This document shows positions 45,401 through 58,402 of a stretch of DNA of 64,000 nucleotides, piece by piece. A model generated the notes under the pieces. It did no database searches, had not been told where the DNA came from, and worked only from the letters and a program-made list of their open reading frames with translations. Where the stretch lies: NCBI GenBank assembly GCA_013265495.1, contig MU060887.1, forward strand, positions 3,906,001-3,970,000. The letters run 5' to 3'. This stretch comes from Vicugna vicugna (taxonomy: Eukaryota). Numbering within the stretch: the first letter of the stretch is position 1; each line of letters begins with the position of its first letter. The translations under genes were made by a program, and so were the position numbers.

Positions 45401-48258
45401 TGTGTCCCTGGGCACCACTGAAGGGTAGCACTTGGCCTTTGGGTCAGACCCACCTGGCTTCCAAGCTGCTCTGCCGGTGACGTTGGGCAAGTCGCTATGC
45501 ATGTCTGAGGGCCCCTCCCCTCCTGCCAAGTGACAGATAAGAGGAGACTGAGCCCCCTGGGCCCTGAGGGGGTGGATGGGGTGGTGGGAGCCCTAGCCGC
45601 CTGGCAGATGCCAGTTCTGTTTTATCTGGGATGGGCTAGTCCCAGGGGTCTCTGCTGGCAACTGGGCCACACTGAGGGTCTGTAAGGAGGGGAGTGGTTG
45701 TCTGCCCTGAGCAGGGTCAGCTGGCGGGTGGAGAGCCCTGTGTTGGGCTGTCCTGGTGGCAAAGAACCAGCCAAGTGGGTTTGGTCTACCTGTCCACCAA
45801 GGAGGGTCTCGTTGGGGAAGCCGCCCGAGAGTGCCCCAGCCTCTCCCCAAACCCACACACTGGCCCAGGTCAGCGTTCACTCAGGATGCCCCAGGGCAGA
45901 ACATTGATCCTTGCCACCCACCCGGCACTTGGCTCCAGGTACCGCCTCCTCAACCAGAGCCCCTCACGCGTAAAAGCCACCAACATCAGGGGCAGGGCAG
46001 CCAGGGCGACAGCAGAGTCACAAAAGCTGACCAGGGTGGCCAGCCAAGCCAGCCAGGTGTGAGGGACGAGCCCAGGCTGAGCTGCCCACCCAGAGGGGGC
46101 CCAGCCGCCATGAGGGGGAGGCATTGGCAGCCCCGGAAGCCAGCCTCTGCCAAGGAGCCCTGGGCCCCACAGCAGAATGGAACCTTTGATGGGAGGGGGA
46201 CCAGATTGCCAGCCCAGCCGCCAAGGCCCCAGGCTCATCCTTGTGTCTGCCGTGTGCTGGGCTGCTGCCCGGCAGAGGGCCAGACACGGTGACGCAGGCA
46301 GTGTTCTGCAGGAGCTAGCATCGGTCAGGCCTGGTGGCTTGGAGTGAGGGTAAGGGCTCAGGCCTTGGAGCAGGAGAGCCAGGTTCGAGTCCCAGCTCAG
46401 CAGCTGTGGGACCCTGGATGAGCCCTGTAACAGTCCCTCCCTGGCCAAGGGGTGGTGCTGGGAGCTGTCGTGGTGGGTGCCGTGGGGACGAAGGGAGCTG
46501 GCGTGTAGGATGGCAGAGGGGCCTCCCCCTGCTGGGCTGCTGCTGGAGGCCCAGGTCTGACCCGCTTGACCCCTCTTGTCCTGTAGGCCTGATGGTCTCT
46601 GCCTACAGCATCGCACTCTGGCCCCCGGGCTCCTTCCTGGAGGGAGTGGCGAGGACAGGGCGGCACACATTCACTGCAGGTGAGTGGGCCTGCGGGCCTC
46701 TCGGCTTCTTGGGGGTCCTCCTGGCACCGATCTGGTCATCAACGCCCCTCTGGGCCCCTAACTCAGACTCTTCTGCCCCTGCAGCCGCCATCGGTGCCAT
46801 ATTCGGCCTCACTTCCTGCATCAGCGCCCAGGTCCGAGAGAAGCCCGATGACCCTCTGAACTATTTCATCGGAGGCTGCGCCGGAGGCTTGACCCTGGGA
46901 GCGCGCAGTGAGTGAACCCCCACCCCTGACTCTGCTGACCCTCCTCCCTCTCCATTCTCTCCCAGACTGGGGACCAGGAGGGGCCAGGTGGGCAGAATGC
47001 TCACCCCAGCAGAGGGGAAGACAGTTGTCCTGAAAGCTCCCAGTGCTTTTGAACCTCGGCCCCCAGCCAGTTTGACAGTACTAACAGCCGCCATCTAAGC
47101 ACCTCCTGCGCGCCCGTGGCTCCGTGACACTCAGCGTGGCCCCCAGGGTCGTGCACGACCTGTCCCGTCCTCTCCTTGCCCTCGCTTCCTCCCTCTGTCC
47201 TCCTCACTCTCTCCATTCCAGCCACACGGCCTCCTCGCTGTTCCTCCAACATGCCAGGGCCTTTGCACAAGCTGTGTCCCTGCCTGAACGCCCTCCCCTC
47301 GACGTCATCACAGCTCCCTCTCCCCCTCCTTACCCGCCGATGTGCAGCCTGCCCTCACTTCTGATCTCTCTGTCTGCTGTGCCTTGTCAGAGAACACGAG
47401 GTCACTGCCTTCTTCCGCCACCAGCCCCTGAGCACAGGGATGGCGGTGCTAGTTGACTGACTGCACAGCCTGTTGGGGAGCTGCTCCCACCACCCCCACT
47501 TTACACGTGCAGGGACTGAGGCTCAGAGCGGGGATCAGGTGGTCCCAGGTCACCCAGGAACCAGCGGAAGGATGCCACCCTGATGGGAGGCAGGGCGGGG
47601 CCCCCGGGCCAGCCTGGCACAACGGAGCCGCAGGGAATAGGAAGCAGACGCCGCTCTTCCCGCCTCCCACAGCCTCGGGCCGCGGCGGGAGGAAAGGAGG
47701 CCATGCAGACAAACCACTGCGGCCCCTGGGAGGGCACTGGGGAGGAAGGCTTGCGCTGTCCTGGCCTTTGCTCCGAGACCTGGGCTGAGGTCTGGGTTTG
47801 GCACATGCCCCTGCGTCTGCGGTGGGGTGTGAGCCCCGCACCCCCTGTGGCGGCTCTCCTCAGCGGGCATCCTGCGCTCTTTGCTTTGCTTCGTGGCCCA
47901 CAGGGCAGACCCGGGCTGGGACCCACCACATGTCACCCGTGACCCCTGCTGGACGCAACAGCCTACCTCCGTCTCCACACACATCTTCAGTTGGAGGGTC
48001 CGGGGACTCAGTCCCCGAGGAGTCCATCGTGCCAGTGGCCCACTCTTGGAGGGAGGGCCGTCCTCTCAGGGTCACAGCCCAGCTCCTGGGACGGGCATGG
48101 GCAAGCCCCACCACGTACCTGATGCCACCTCTCCCGCTCTCGCAGCCCACAGCTTCGGGATTGGAGCCGCCAGCTGCGCGTACATGGGCATCATGGCTGC
48201 CCTGGTCAAGATGGGCCAGATGGAGGGCTGGAAGGTGTTCGCAGAGCCCAAGGTGTGA
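42317..48258 (+). CDS. NDUFA11: NADH:ubiquinone oxidoreductase subunit A11 (B14.7), 141 aa. join(42317-42413,46587-46679,46785-46907,48146-48258)
   Basis: The translation [141 protein letters not shown] closely matches recalled bovine B14.7. Coding exon sizes are 97/93/123/113 nt with GT-AG junctions. Confidence 0.97.
46587..46679 (+). CDS. NDUFA11: NDUFA11 exon 2 (93 nt)
   Basis: cctgtag|GC CTG ATG...GCA G|gtgag. Confidence 0.95.
46785..46907 (+). CDS. NDUFA11: NDUFA11 exon 3 (123 nt)
   Basis: cctgcag|CC GCC ATC...CGC A|gtgag. Confidence 0.96.
48146..48258 (+). CDS. NDUFA11: NDUFA11 exon 4 coding part (113 nt including TGA)
   Basis: ctcgcag|CC CAC AGC...AAG GTG TGA. Confidence 0.95.
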
Positions 48259-48305
48259 GCCCCGCTGCCTCCCCAGGACATTGGGCAGGTTGAAGTTCGT
48301 CTGAA

Positions 48306-48311
48306 AATAAA
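48306..48311 (+). terminator. NDUFA11 polyadenylation signal AATAAA
   Basis: Canonical hexamer 47 nt after the stop, followed by a GT-rich downstream element (ttctgtgtctgtctgtgtg). Confidence 0.88.
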
Positions 48312-51300
48312 TTCTGTGTCTGTCTGTGTGAGTCTTCCTCCCCTTCCCCTCCTTCTCCAGGGCGAAGCCCTGCCAGAGAGGGCTGGGGTTCAGGCCGGCA
48401 CCAGGGAGGCTCGGGCAGACGAGGACGGGAGTGGGAGATAAGGCATCTGGGTCTGTGCCCGACAGGGCCGGTGGCGCCAGCCGGGCATCAGGCAGGGGTC
48501 GCCGGGCCACAGCCACTTCCGTTGGCGGGCAGGAGCCTGCAGGTGGCCAGCCGGTTGTCCGGCAAGCTGGGCCCCGTGACCCACAGCCCTTCCTACAGCC
48601 CCCGTGCAGGTCCCTCTCTGGGCCTCCCCCCAAAGCCAACAACATGTGGGAAACACGCCCAGGCCCCACACACGGCTCACTTCCGAATTCCTGGGCGTTG
48701 GAGCGGAGAGGCACGGATGGCCTGGCCCCAGAGCCACATCCCCATATGACAGGTGGGTGACAGGCCACCAGGAGCCTGCCGGGCAGGGGCCCACAGTGGC
48801 ATTGAAAGGAGGGCGTCGAGTCAGGCGCAGTGATTTAGGCCACCCCGGAATTCTGGCGCGGCCCGGCCCCCGGGCCTTCTGCAGAACTGGCTCTGTCCGT
48901 CCTGGCAGCCAGCAGGGAAGGCCCGGCATGTTCCAGCACGCCTCAGTGGGCCATAAATTAGGGTTCTCCCGGGCTCCACCCTAGGGAGAAGGGCTGGGCA
49001 AGGGCAGGATTGGGTCCTGGTGGGGAATCTGGGCGCTACAGGTGGTCTGGGGGCAGCCGGAGCAGGCTGGGCTGGCTGCAGCCCTCACACGCCCCCTCGC
49101 CAGTGTCTGGCTCTGTCCTGTTTCCTTCGTCTTCTCGAGCCTGCCCTAGGGGCCTGGACATGGTTGAAAGCCAAGTTCGGAGCCTTGCTTTCCTCCTCTG
49201 TCCACCCCAGGTGGTAACTAACCCTGGTGTTAAGCCTCTGAGGCTACACGTGGGCAGAGCAGAGTCCCGGCGTGCTGGGCTGGCCTCGCCCCGCTGGCTC
49301 CTCACGGCCCCCGCCCAGCACGTCCTCCCGGGAGTGGGTGCCTGCTCGGGCTAATGCCCAGGCCTCGGTGCCTGTGCCCGGACTTGGAGCCCCTGAGAGA
49401 GGCTGGAGATGCCCCGGCCCCTGGGCTGGGAGGGGAGGGCCCAGGGGGCCGTCTGAGCCCTTACAGAGGGCTCTGGGCTCCCGGACCTGCATTTGAGTCC
49501 CAGTACTCGGTTCTTCCCTGGCTCTGTCCCCGTTCCCCACCTGGCAAGTGGGTATGACGGTCCCTCCCTCAGAGGTGTTCCCCAAAAGGGAAGATGACTT
49601 TGCCCCAGGGAAGCGCCCCTTCCATGCCTTTCCGGGGGGTGGGGTCCCCTGCTCTCACCTGCCTAGTCTGTCTCCGTGGTGGCCGGCAGAGGGCAGAGCC
49701 CACCACGCTCAGAACCATGGCCAGTCACCCCCAGGTCCTCGGCCCTGTGGCCCTTCAGTGTCCTCAGAGGAGCTGAGTTCCATCTCTGCCTCCCGCTCCA
49801 TCCGCTGGCCCCTCCCTCCGCATCTGGCCCACCTGCCGCAGCCAGGGGAGCAGGGGTGCCAGATGCTCAGAGTCGGACCCATTGCTCTAAGTAGGACCGA
49901 TGAGCGTCATCAAGGATGCTGAGGACTGAGCCGGGGGCCTATTCAATGCCCCGCACGGCAGTAGCTTCCAGAACCAGATGCGCCTGGGCCTCCCCCTCCC
50001 GCACACCCTTCTTCAGCCCCCGGCTTTCCCAAAGCCCAGACCCTGCACCGGATTTGGGGCCCAGAGAGGGGAGGAGGACACAGCCAGCCAGCCCTCATGC
50101 CTCCCAGCCTCGGTTTCCCCTCTTGCCGGCTCAGACCTGGGCCGTGCTGCCGCCCACCCAGCCCTCTGCGGGCTGGCGGCCAGTGTTGGAGCAGGTCTGC
50201 CAGGCCCCCCACCAGCAGCCCAGGCCCCCCAAAATGGGGCAGGAGGGAGCAGCTGCCTCCTGGTCTCCAGGGAGCCCCAAACCGAGGCCCCCTTGCCCAT
50301 AAACATTTACTAGGCTGTAAGGGACTGACATCATCCCCATAAGCAGGCCCCGTGGGGACCGCCCCTGTCCAGAGGATCCAATCCCCTCCCACCCTTCTGC
50401 CTGAACCCCACCTCCTGCCACAGCAGCCCCCACAGAGGGCAGAGGAGGACCCTTCCAGTGTTGTCTACCCCCACGCCCTGCCTTGATGAAGCTGTTCCCT
50501 GCCCCAAGCAGTCTGGACTGGAAGAGAGGGAGGGACTCAGGGAGCCGGCGCCTCCTTGGAGGGGCAGGAGGGCTTCCTGGACGAGGTGGAGTAGTGAGGA
50601 CCCGGGGATGAAGAGGTCTTTCCAGATGTGCATGACGGAGGCAGGCGTCCCAGCCAGAGGGCAAAGCAGGGGCAAAGGCCTGGAATTGGGGGGGTGAGGG
50701 GGCACAGGTGAGCTGGGAAGGGCTGGGGGCAGTGGGCACCTCCCCGAGGGCCCCAGCCCTACAGACACTTGCCAGCGGGGATGAGGCCGCAAGGACTGAC
50801 CCAGCCGTCCAGGCCAGGCCGGGTGTGAGAAAAGGAGCCGTCCCAGTGAGACCAGAGGACAAAGCTTCCGGCCTTTCCCCGCCGTCAGCAGGGCCCTGCG
50901 GTCCACGCGGCCTTGCTCTTGTTTCTGCAGCTCATCCAACCCTCCCCGCAGCCCAAAGAGTGAGCCATTCAGGTGGTCCTGTTTGACAGATGAGAGGGAA
51001 CGAGGCCCCGGAGGTGACCTCGCAGGGCCTGGCTCACAGCAGCCACTCAGCTTGAGTCCTTTTATCATTACCACTAGTATTACTGTGACTGCTATCAGCT
51101 GTTGTTGGGGAAGAACGTTGTAAACTGCCTCTGGAAGGTTTCCCAGTGGGACAAGGGAAATGTTCTTGCGGCCAAGTGATTTTAAAAGCAAAACTATACC
51201 CCCGCAAATGCCTTTTAAAAGTTACATTGGATGTGGGTTTGGGGGTTGGGGAGGACGCACGAGCCTCTGGAGGAGGGTGGGCATTTGCCCCTGCGGGACC

Positions 51301-53979
51301 TAGGGGGCTGGTCCTTGGCCCTCTCACCCCTTTTCACGCTCGTCTGCCTTCAGAATCGATAATGGATCTGCCCACCTCTCCCTCCCTCCAGCCCCCATCA
51401 TCGCCTACCTGGACCAGGGTACTCACCTCCATCCTGGTCGCCGGCTCCCACCCTTGATCCCCAGTCTGCCCTCCCCGAAGCAGCCAGTGTCAGCACCCGA
51501 GTCAGGCCCCGCCCCGCTGCCCACGGCCCTCCAGGGCTCCCACCTCCCTGAAGGTAAAAGCCCGAGTCTTCCCTGAGGCCCACGAGGCCTTGCATGACCT
51601 GCCCCTCCCCTCCCTGCCCTCCCTACCTCCCTCCTCACTCTGCTCCGGCCACACAGGCTCCTGGCTGTTCCTCCAACGCGCCAGGCACAGTCCTGCCCCA
51701 GGGACTCTGCATGGACTGTGCCTTCAGCCTGGACTTCTCTCTCCCTCCAGATGTCCCCTAAGCTCCCCCCTCACCTCCCTCAGTTCTCAGCTCCGGTGTC
51801 ACCTCCTCACTGAGGCCTCCCTAACACGATATTGAAATGGCATCCTACCCAGCCAGCCGTGCCCCACTTGCCCTTTACTTCTGTTTCTGTCCATCACACC
51901 TGTCGGCTTCTAAATCCTATGTCATCATTGTGTGCGTTGTTTGGTGGACTGCGTGTCTCCTTAAGGCCTGGTGCACATCCTGGTCGTTATACCCCTGGGT
52001 CAGCACCCCGCCTAGGAGCACCGCAGAGCCCAGCCCTGTTCTGAGTGGGGTCCCTCCCACTTCACTCCCAGAGAAGACGGCTGTGGGAAGCGGGGGTGGG
52101 AGGGCAAGTAGGGACCATCCATATGTGAGAGTCTTGAGGTCACGATTCAGAATTCACTTACACAAGTATCTCTTGAGCACCTACATGTGTCAGGGGGAGT
52201 TTGGGGCCTGGGATCACGTCAGCCCACTAGCCCGATACGGTCCCCACCTTCCTGGAGCTCAAAGTCTGGTCTGGAAGAACAGGAAAACAGAGGGCACAGC
52301 TGAGCAAACACAAACTATGCCCCAGAGGGAAAACCAAGGTGAGGTGAAGGCCAGGCCAGGGTGGTGGGGACAGTGGGTCCTCTCTCCCTGGGGCAAGTCA
52401 GGGAGGAACCCAAAGAAACCAGCCTCGGCTCAAGGGTGGGAGGTTCGGGGGGACTGGAGGAAGGGTTTTCCAGCCAGAGGGAACAGAGCATGCAAAGGCC
52501 ATGAGGATAGAAGCCCCGTGCACTGCCCGCATCCCAGCTGGGAGGCCACATGGCAGGGTGGGGTGGACTGGGGGTGACTGAAGAGACAGGAAAGGCCAAA
52601 GCCAGGCATGTTTCCCAGGTGGACACAGGAAGCCAGGCAGGATTTCTTGCCGTGGGAGTTGCTGCCTGCCAGATATCGTGAAACCCACACTGCTTTCCCC
52701 ATAGAGGCGCTTCTGGTTAAAAACATTCCCCTTGTCCCGGCCCGTGTGTGTCCCCCCAAAATGGCTGTCCCAGGAGGGAGCCCGGGCCCTGAATGCCCAC
52801 AGGGTCCCCACATAGATGGGAGTTTGGGGGTCTCAGGAATAGGGAGACCCAAAGGTCTCCTGGCTGGGTTCTGGTGGGGATGAGGGGCCCCAGCCTGCCC
52901 TCAAAGCCAGAACCAGCTTGGTCGTCACTCCAGGGGTCCGGAAGTGGAGCACAGAGCTTTGCCCTCTCTCACCCTCTCTGGCCCAACATCTGGAGCTCAG
53001 AACCCAGGGGAGCCCCCAGTTCTCTGCATACAGGCCATCTCTGGCATTCCCAGTCAGAAAGTGACTTCCCGTGAGGAAACTGAGGCACAGAGCAGCCCCT
53101 GAGCTCCCCCACCAGTAGCTCCCTTCCACACTTCCTCCCTCCTCTCCTCCTTGGATGTGCCTCCCAGAGAGGCCTGGCCGGACCCCCAGCCACGTACTGG
53201 CACTCACAGGTCCCTCTCTGGCGCCAGCCAAGCCTCCCAGGGGCTTCCTGGGGTGCTGGGTGGTCGGCCCAGCCGTGAGGGCTCCATCAGGCCTGGTCCC
53301 AGCCCAGCCCATGTCTCACCCCCAGGGCCGCTGCTGGGCTCCGAACATCCCCTGACACAGAGCAAGAAAGGCGGGAGCCCGGGCGAGGGCCAGGCGCCGG
53401 GGGCCGCAGGAGGGCTTTCGGCCCAAACGAGGGGTGGCAGGCAGACCCGCGGCCCCGCCTAAACCCACCCCCAAATCCTCCTTCTTTTAAAGCCTGTCCA
53501 AACGCTTTTATTTCGCCCATTTTGTTTTCCCTACAGCATTCTTTCTAGAAGATATTTCACAGGGTTTTTTTTTTCAGTAGGTAAAACAGACTCAGGCCAC
53601 ACAACTTAAAACATACGAAAGGTCAGAAAAGACGCCAGCCACCCAGCCTCCCCAGAGGTCGCCAGCTGGGTTGTTTCCCTCTCAGCAATGTCCCCACCCC
53701 CCAGACAAACAGACGGTGTCACACCCTCTGTCCCTGCTGTTCGGCAGACCATCCGACTCCCTCATAACTACATCCTGGATTCCTTTCCATCAAGAATGGT
53801 CTCTTGCCTTTTAACAGCCGCATAATATTCCCTCCTGTGATGGGGTTGTCAGCCCCAACAAAGTACATTTCCTTCCTCCCAGTCTTGCTGCTTGAAATAG
53901 TGCAGCGATGAAAACCCTGTAGCAAATGTCACTGTGCACGTGGGTTGGTGCACTCCCTACCCGAAAAATTTTCAAATTA

Positions 53980-54890
53980 ATACACTTGATATTTTTAGAG
54001 CGGTTTTAGGTTGAAAGGAAAATTGAGCAGAAAGTACAGAGTTCCCAGATAGCACCTTACTCCCCCAGTGCACTCACTGTTTCCCCTGTTGTTAACCTCT
54101 GGCATTCGCATGCTACATCCGTTACATTTGATGAACTGATACTGATACATTGTTATAAACTGAAGTCCACAGTTGGCATGAGGGTTCTCTCTTGGCGTTC
54201 ATGTCCTGTGGGCTTGGACAAATGTACAGTGAACGACAGGCATCCACCACCGTAGCATCACACAGGGCAGTTTCACCGCCCTAAAAATCCCCTGTGCTCT
54301 GGCTCTTCACCCTCCTCCTGCCACCCCTGGCAGCCACCGACCCGTTTACTGTCTCCATAGTTTTGCCTTTTCCAGAATGATCTATAGTTAGAATCATACA
54401 GTATATAGCCTTTCCAGATGGGCTTCCTTCTCTTCATAATGGGCATTTAAGGTTCCTCCACGTCTTGTAACCGCTGGGTAGCGCATTTCTCTTTAGCACC
54501 AAATAACATTCCACTGTCTGGATGTCCCACAAGTGGTTTATCCGTTTACCTACTGAAGGACATCTGAGTGGCTTCCAGGTTTTGGCAATCGTGAATAGGC
54601 TGCCATAAACATTCGTGTGCAGGTTTTTGTGTGGACACGAGTTTTTGACACCTTTGGGCAAATACCAAGGAGCGTGAGTCTGGATCGTGTGCTGAGGGTA
54701 TGTTCCATTTGGTGAGGCGCCGCCAAACTGCCTCCCAGAGCGGCTGAGCCATTTTGCATTCCCACCAACAATGAATGAGAGTTCCTGTTGCTCCACATCC
54801 TTGTCAGCATTTGGTGGCGTTGGTGTTCAGGATTTTGGCCGTTTTCAGTGGGTGTGTGGTGGCACCTCTTTGTGGTTTCAACTCGTCTCA
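53980..54890 (-). mobile_element. L1MA/L1MB-like LINE-1 3' fragment
   Basis: gaaaattgagcagaaagtacagagttccc...catccaccaccgtagcatcacacagggcagtttcaccgccctaaaaatcccctgtgct...ttgcattcccaccaacaatgaatgagagttcctgttgctccacatcc. Confidence 0.85.
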
Positions 54891-56112
54891 ATGTTTGGAT
54901 AAGCATTTGTTGAGCTTCCTCCTGGCCCCAAGCCTGGTTGCAACATCTTTTGTGTGATTCGGGCTCGGAAGGAAGTGCTCATACCCCATTTTGCAGACGG
55001 GGGAACCAAGGCTCAGAGAAGGGTAGCTGTTTGCCCAGGGTCACACAGCAAATGAAGATAACGCCAAGGCCCTGTGACTGACTCCAGAACACTTCTACCT
55101 GCAGGGTCCTGGGCCCTGTCCTGGGCACTGGGGATGTAGTGGTGACCAAGACAGACCCAGCCTACCCTCCCGAGTCTCACAGTCCAGTGGGGAAGGCAGA
55201 CATGTGGCCAGGCAGTTACAGCTTGAGCTGACCAGGGCTGTAATGTGGTTGCACAGGCAGAGGGGGACCCAGAGAAGGAACCTGATCGAGCCTGGGTGTC
55301 CAGGGAGGCTTCCTAGAGAAAGGGGTGCTGAAGCATGAATAGGAGCTTTCCAGGAGAAGGGGGAAAGAATAACCCAGGCAAGAGGAGCAGCATGGAGGCT
55401 GGCTCCGGGGGTGAAAAGGGAGCATGGCTGAGAGCACCAGTTCTGCAGTGAGAGGCCTGGGTTCCAGCACCAGCGCTGCTGCCAGTCGGGGCCTCACTTG
55501 CCACTCCTCAGCCCAGCTCGGCTGTGAGGGTGCCATAACCCCATGGGTACCACCCTGGTTGAGGCTGGCATATGGGGAGCTGGAGGGTAGGGGAGGCTAG
55601 GAGCGCCAGAGCAGCCCCGGCCCCCAGCTCTGCGTCTGGGAACCTGGGGCCCAGGAGGACCTCAGTAAAATATCCAGAGATGCAGTCTCTGGTCTCCCAT
55701 CTCAACTGGAAAGGAAATGGCAGGGTGCAGTGGGGGTCTCCTTCCTGCCCCTGCCCCAGATTGGACCCTTCCTGCTTCAGGCCGGCCCCCTGATGGACAG
55801 GGACACACTCCCGCCCAGCCCCCACCCCTACTCACCCTCTAGCCCCCATTAGTGAGGCCGCCTGCTGCGGGAGCCTCGGGCCCAGGTGTTCCCGGCTCAC
55901 GCTCTGCCCCAGTGACCACCATTAAAAATGAGTAATGGCCGAGCAGGCAGCCCTGGAAGGCTAGGGGCTAGGGCAGAGAGGCCTGCAACCCCTCCCCATC
56001 TCCTTCCCAACTGGTCCTCCCTCCACCCAACACACACGCTCAGCAGGAGTCACCCTGCCGTCCAGCACCTCCTCCCTGCCTTCCTGTCCCCCTTCTCCCA
56101 AGGGCCCCCCCC

Positions 56113-56251
56113 CAGCTAAAGTCAGGCCCGCAAATAAAAATACAGATGGCCAGTGAAATTTGAACATCTCATACGCGGGACATACTTACACTAAAACATG
56201 ATTCATGTTTAACTGAACTTCAGATTCAGCTGGATTCTCTCTGGCAGCCCT
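56113..56251. mobile_element. MER53-like palindromic hAT MITE relic
   Basis: gcaaataaaaatacag...gtgaaatttgaa...gggacatacttacactaaaa...ttaactgaacttcagattcagctgg...ctggcagccct. Confidence 0.65.
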
Positions 56252-56469
56252 TTCTGATCCTGCCTGGGTGGACAGCGGGCCTCAGCTGGCCTCCCCGCGC
56301 TATGGGTGAATACCCAGATGCTGGCCAACACTGACCGATCAGAGGGACCCCGGCCCTGCAGGACCCTAGGGGGCCTCCCTGTCACATGTGCACCTCTCAC
56401 AAGTACCCACTGCGGGGCGAGGGTCTGTCATCTCTCCCGCCTTCTGCAAGGTCCTGGTGGTGAGGGCAC

Positions 56470-56690
56470 CGTCCCTGAATCCCAGGTTTGAATTGCAGCC
56501 CTGCCCTTTCTGAGTGGTGTGCCTTGGAACCAAGTGCTCTCTCTGTGCCTCAGTTTCCTCACCTGTAAAATGGGGATGATAATAATAACGACGCTACTGT
56601 TAATAGTACTGACAGTCAGGGTCATTGAGAGGATTCAATGCATTCATGTGCCGGAGGAGACCGGCCTGGCGCAAAGTTAGCACTCACGTA
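56470..56690. mobile_element. MIR SINE relic (other MIR-like pieces, e.g. about 47480-47570 and 54985-55060)
   Basis: MIR core ctctgtgcctcagtttcctcacctgtaaaatggggatgataata. Confidence 0.75.
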
Positions 56691-57289
56691 AGTGATGGCC
56701 TGTCCTGGCCTCCCAGCCCAGGAGGGAGGGGCTGTGCGGGAATTGGAGGCTAATTTTAGCACTGATGACACCCCCTGGCCGCCTGCCTTGTCCAAACATC
56801 CTCAGCCAAGCATGAGGTTCAAGGCGTCCCCCACCCCCCAACCTCTGACATCCAAGGAGCCTGTTTATTCATTCCTGTCCGCCAGAGCATTCCTCGCCTG
56901 CCTGCCTGCCTGCCTGTGCCTGCCATCCAGCGCCATCCGAGCCCCACGTCGCCCGCCCAGTGTCACCCCAGGTCACAAGTGCCTCACCTGTAGGCCCCTT
57001 GGAGACAGCCAGTGGCCAGGGGCAGTCAGGGTTGGGGGCAGGGAAAAGGGTGGGCGGAGTCCCTCCTGCACCGAAGTCCAGAGTCCTCAGAGTCTTCATT
57101 TACAGTTCCCCGAGTTCGAGTCCAAACTTCTGTCTCTGTGGACTCCCAGACGGCGTAATTTATTCAGCACCTGTTTACTGAGTGCCAAGTCCTCCTGGAG
57201 ACACAGGGCTCCCAGTCTTGGCGAGAGGCAAGGACAAGCCAGGAGACTGGAGAATTTTCCAGCGTGCTTAGTACTGTACGTTCGTTTGT

Positions 57290-57800
57290 TCGTTCATTCA
57301 TTCATTCCCTCAGTCAGTCAAGGAGCGTTTATTAAGGCCCTCCTGTGTGTCAGGGACTGTTCAGGATGCTCCAATCTCAGCAGGGAGCAAAGGAGACCCA
57401 GATCCCTCATGGAGCTAATTCTGGTGGGGGAGACAGGCAAGAGACAATAAATCATGCAGATAAGTCCAGTACGTGGTCCAGTTGAGTGGTAGTCATTGCT
57501 GTGGAGAAAAGTAATGTGAGAAAGGAGATGTGGAGTGCTGGCAAGGCAATTAGAAATACAATGATTTGAGAGGGAGATATTTAAGGGACTCATGTGGGTG
57601 TCAAGGTGGGGAGAGTTCCAAACAGCGGGAACAGCATGTGCAAAGGTCCTGGGGCTTGAACCGTGAGGAGGCTCATGGGGAGATGCAGCAGGACTTGTGG
57701 GCTTTGCCTCTGGAATCATGATGGGGGTGGTGGGGGCCACAGGAGGGTCTTGAGCAGAAGATGAGCCAAATGTGACCTAACTCCCTCCTGCCTGGCTCTA
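57290..57800 (-). mobile_element. L2 LINE 3' fragment (similar L2 pieces at about 38520-38800, 40330-40560, 47110-47440, 51540-51900 and 55100-55500)
   Basis: (ttca)n tail followed by tttattaaggccctcctgtgtgtcaggg...cctcatggagcta...gggaacagcatgtgcaaaggtcctgg. Confidence 0.7.
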
Positions 57801-58332
57801 CCATCATTCCAAGGTCCACCCCCAGAACTGTCACCCTTCAGGCCGAGGGGCTGAGCCAGGGACTGCAGCTGGGCTGGGGACCCAAGTGGCTGCAGGTGGA
57901 TTCCAGTTGTAAGCGAGGACTTCCGGAACAGTTGGAGAGCCTGTGTGTGGGGAAATTGCTGCTCTCTGGAGAACACCAATGGTTGGGGGTGGGGGGGATT
58001 CTGGGCACATCTTCCACACGTGGCATCTCCATTCGCTCCCTGCAGGGCCGGGCCCGGTGCCCAGGTCACTCGCATTTCTGGCTCAGGGTTTTGCCAGTGG
58101 AGGGACAGGTGTCTTAGGAAATTGGAAAACATCCTCCGAAAACAAACCAACGAAATCCGTGCTCTTCCATCTCCTTGTCCCGACAGATCTTCTCCAAACC
58201 ATTTTCTTTCTTGCAAAATACTTTCCCTGGCTTTCCCGACTCTGAAATTGCCACACACGCTCCACAAAACCTTTCCAGAGCTAGAGAAAGCGCCCTTTGT
58301 TCCCCAGCGCGTGTCACCCCTGGAATTTGCTG

Positions 58333-58400
<68 letters not shown>
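58333..58400. repeat. (TC)n microsatellite with one interruption
   Basis: Direct reading; a single g interrupts the array at 58360. Confidence 0.97.

Positions 58401-58402
<2 letters not shown>

Noticed and set aside
45870-51191. Minus-strand ORFs of 243-302 aa (45870-46670, 47860-48768, 50131-50862, 50331-51191)
   Set aside because: GC-rich intronic, antisense or intergenic frames with no recognisable homology, several starting at non-ATG codons.
54434-54957. ORFs resembling short 'uncharacterised' proteins
   Set aside because: Decayed LINE-1 sequence; not host genes.
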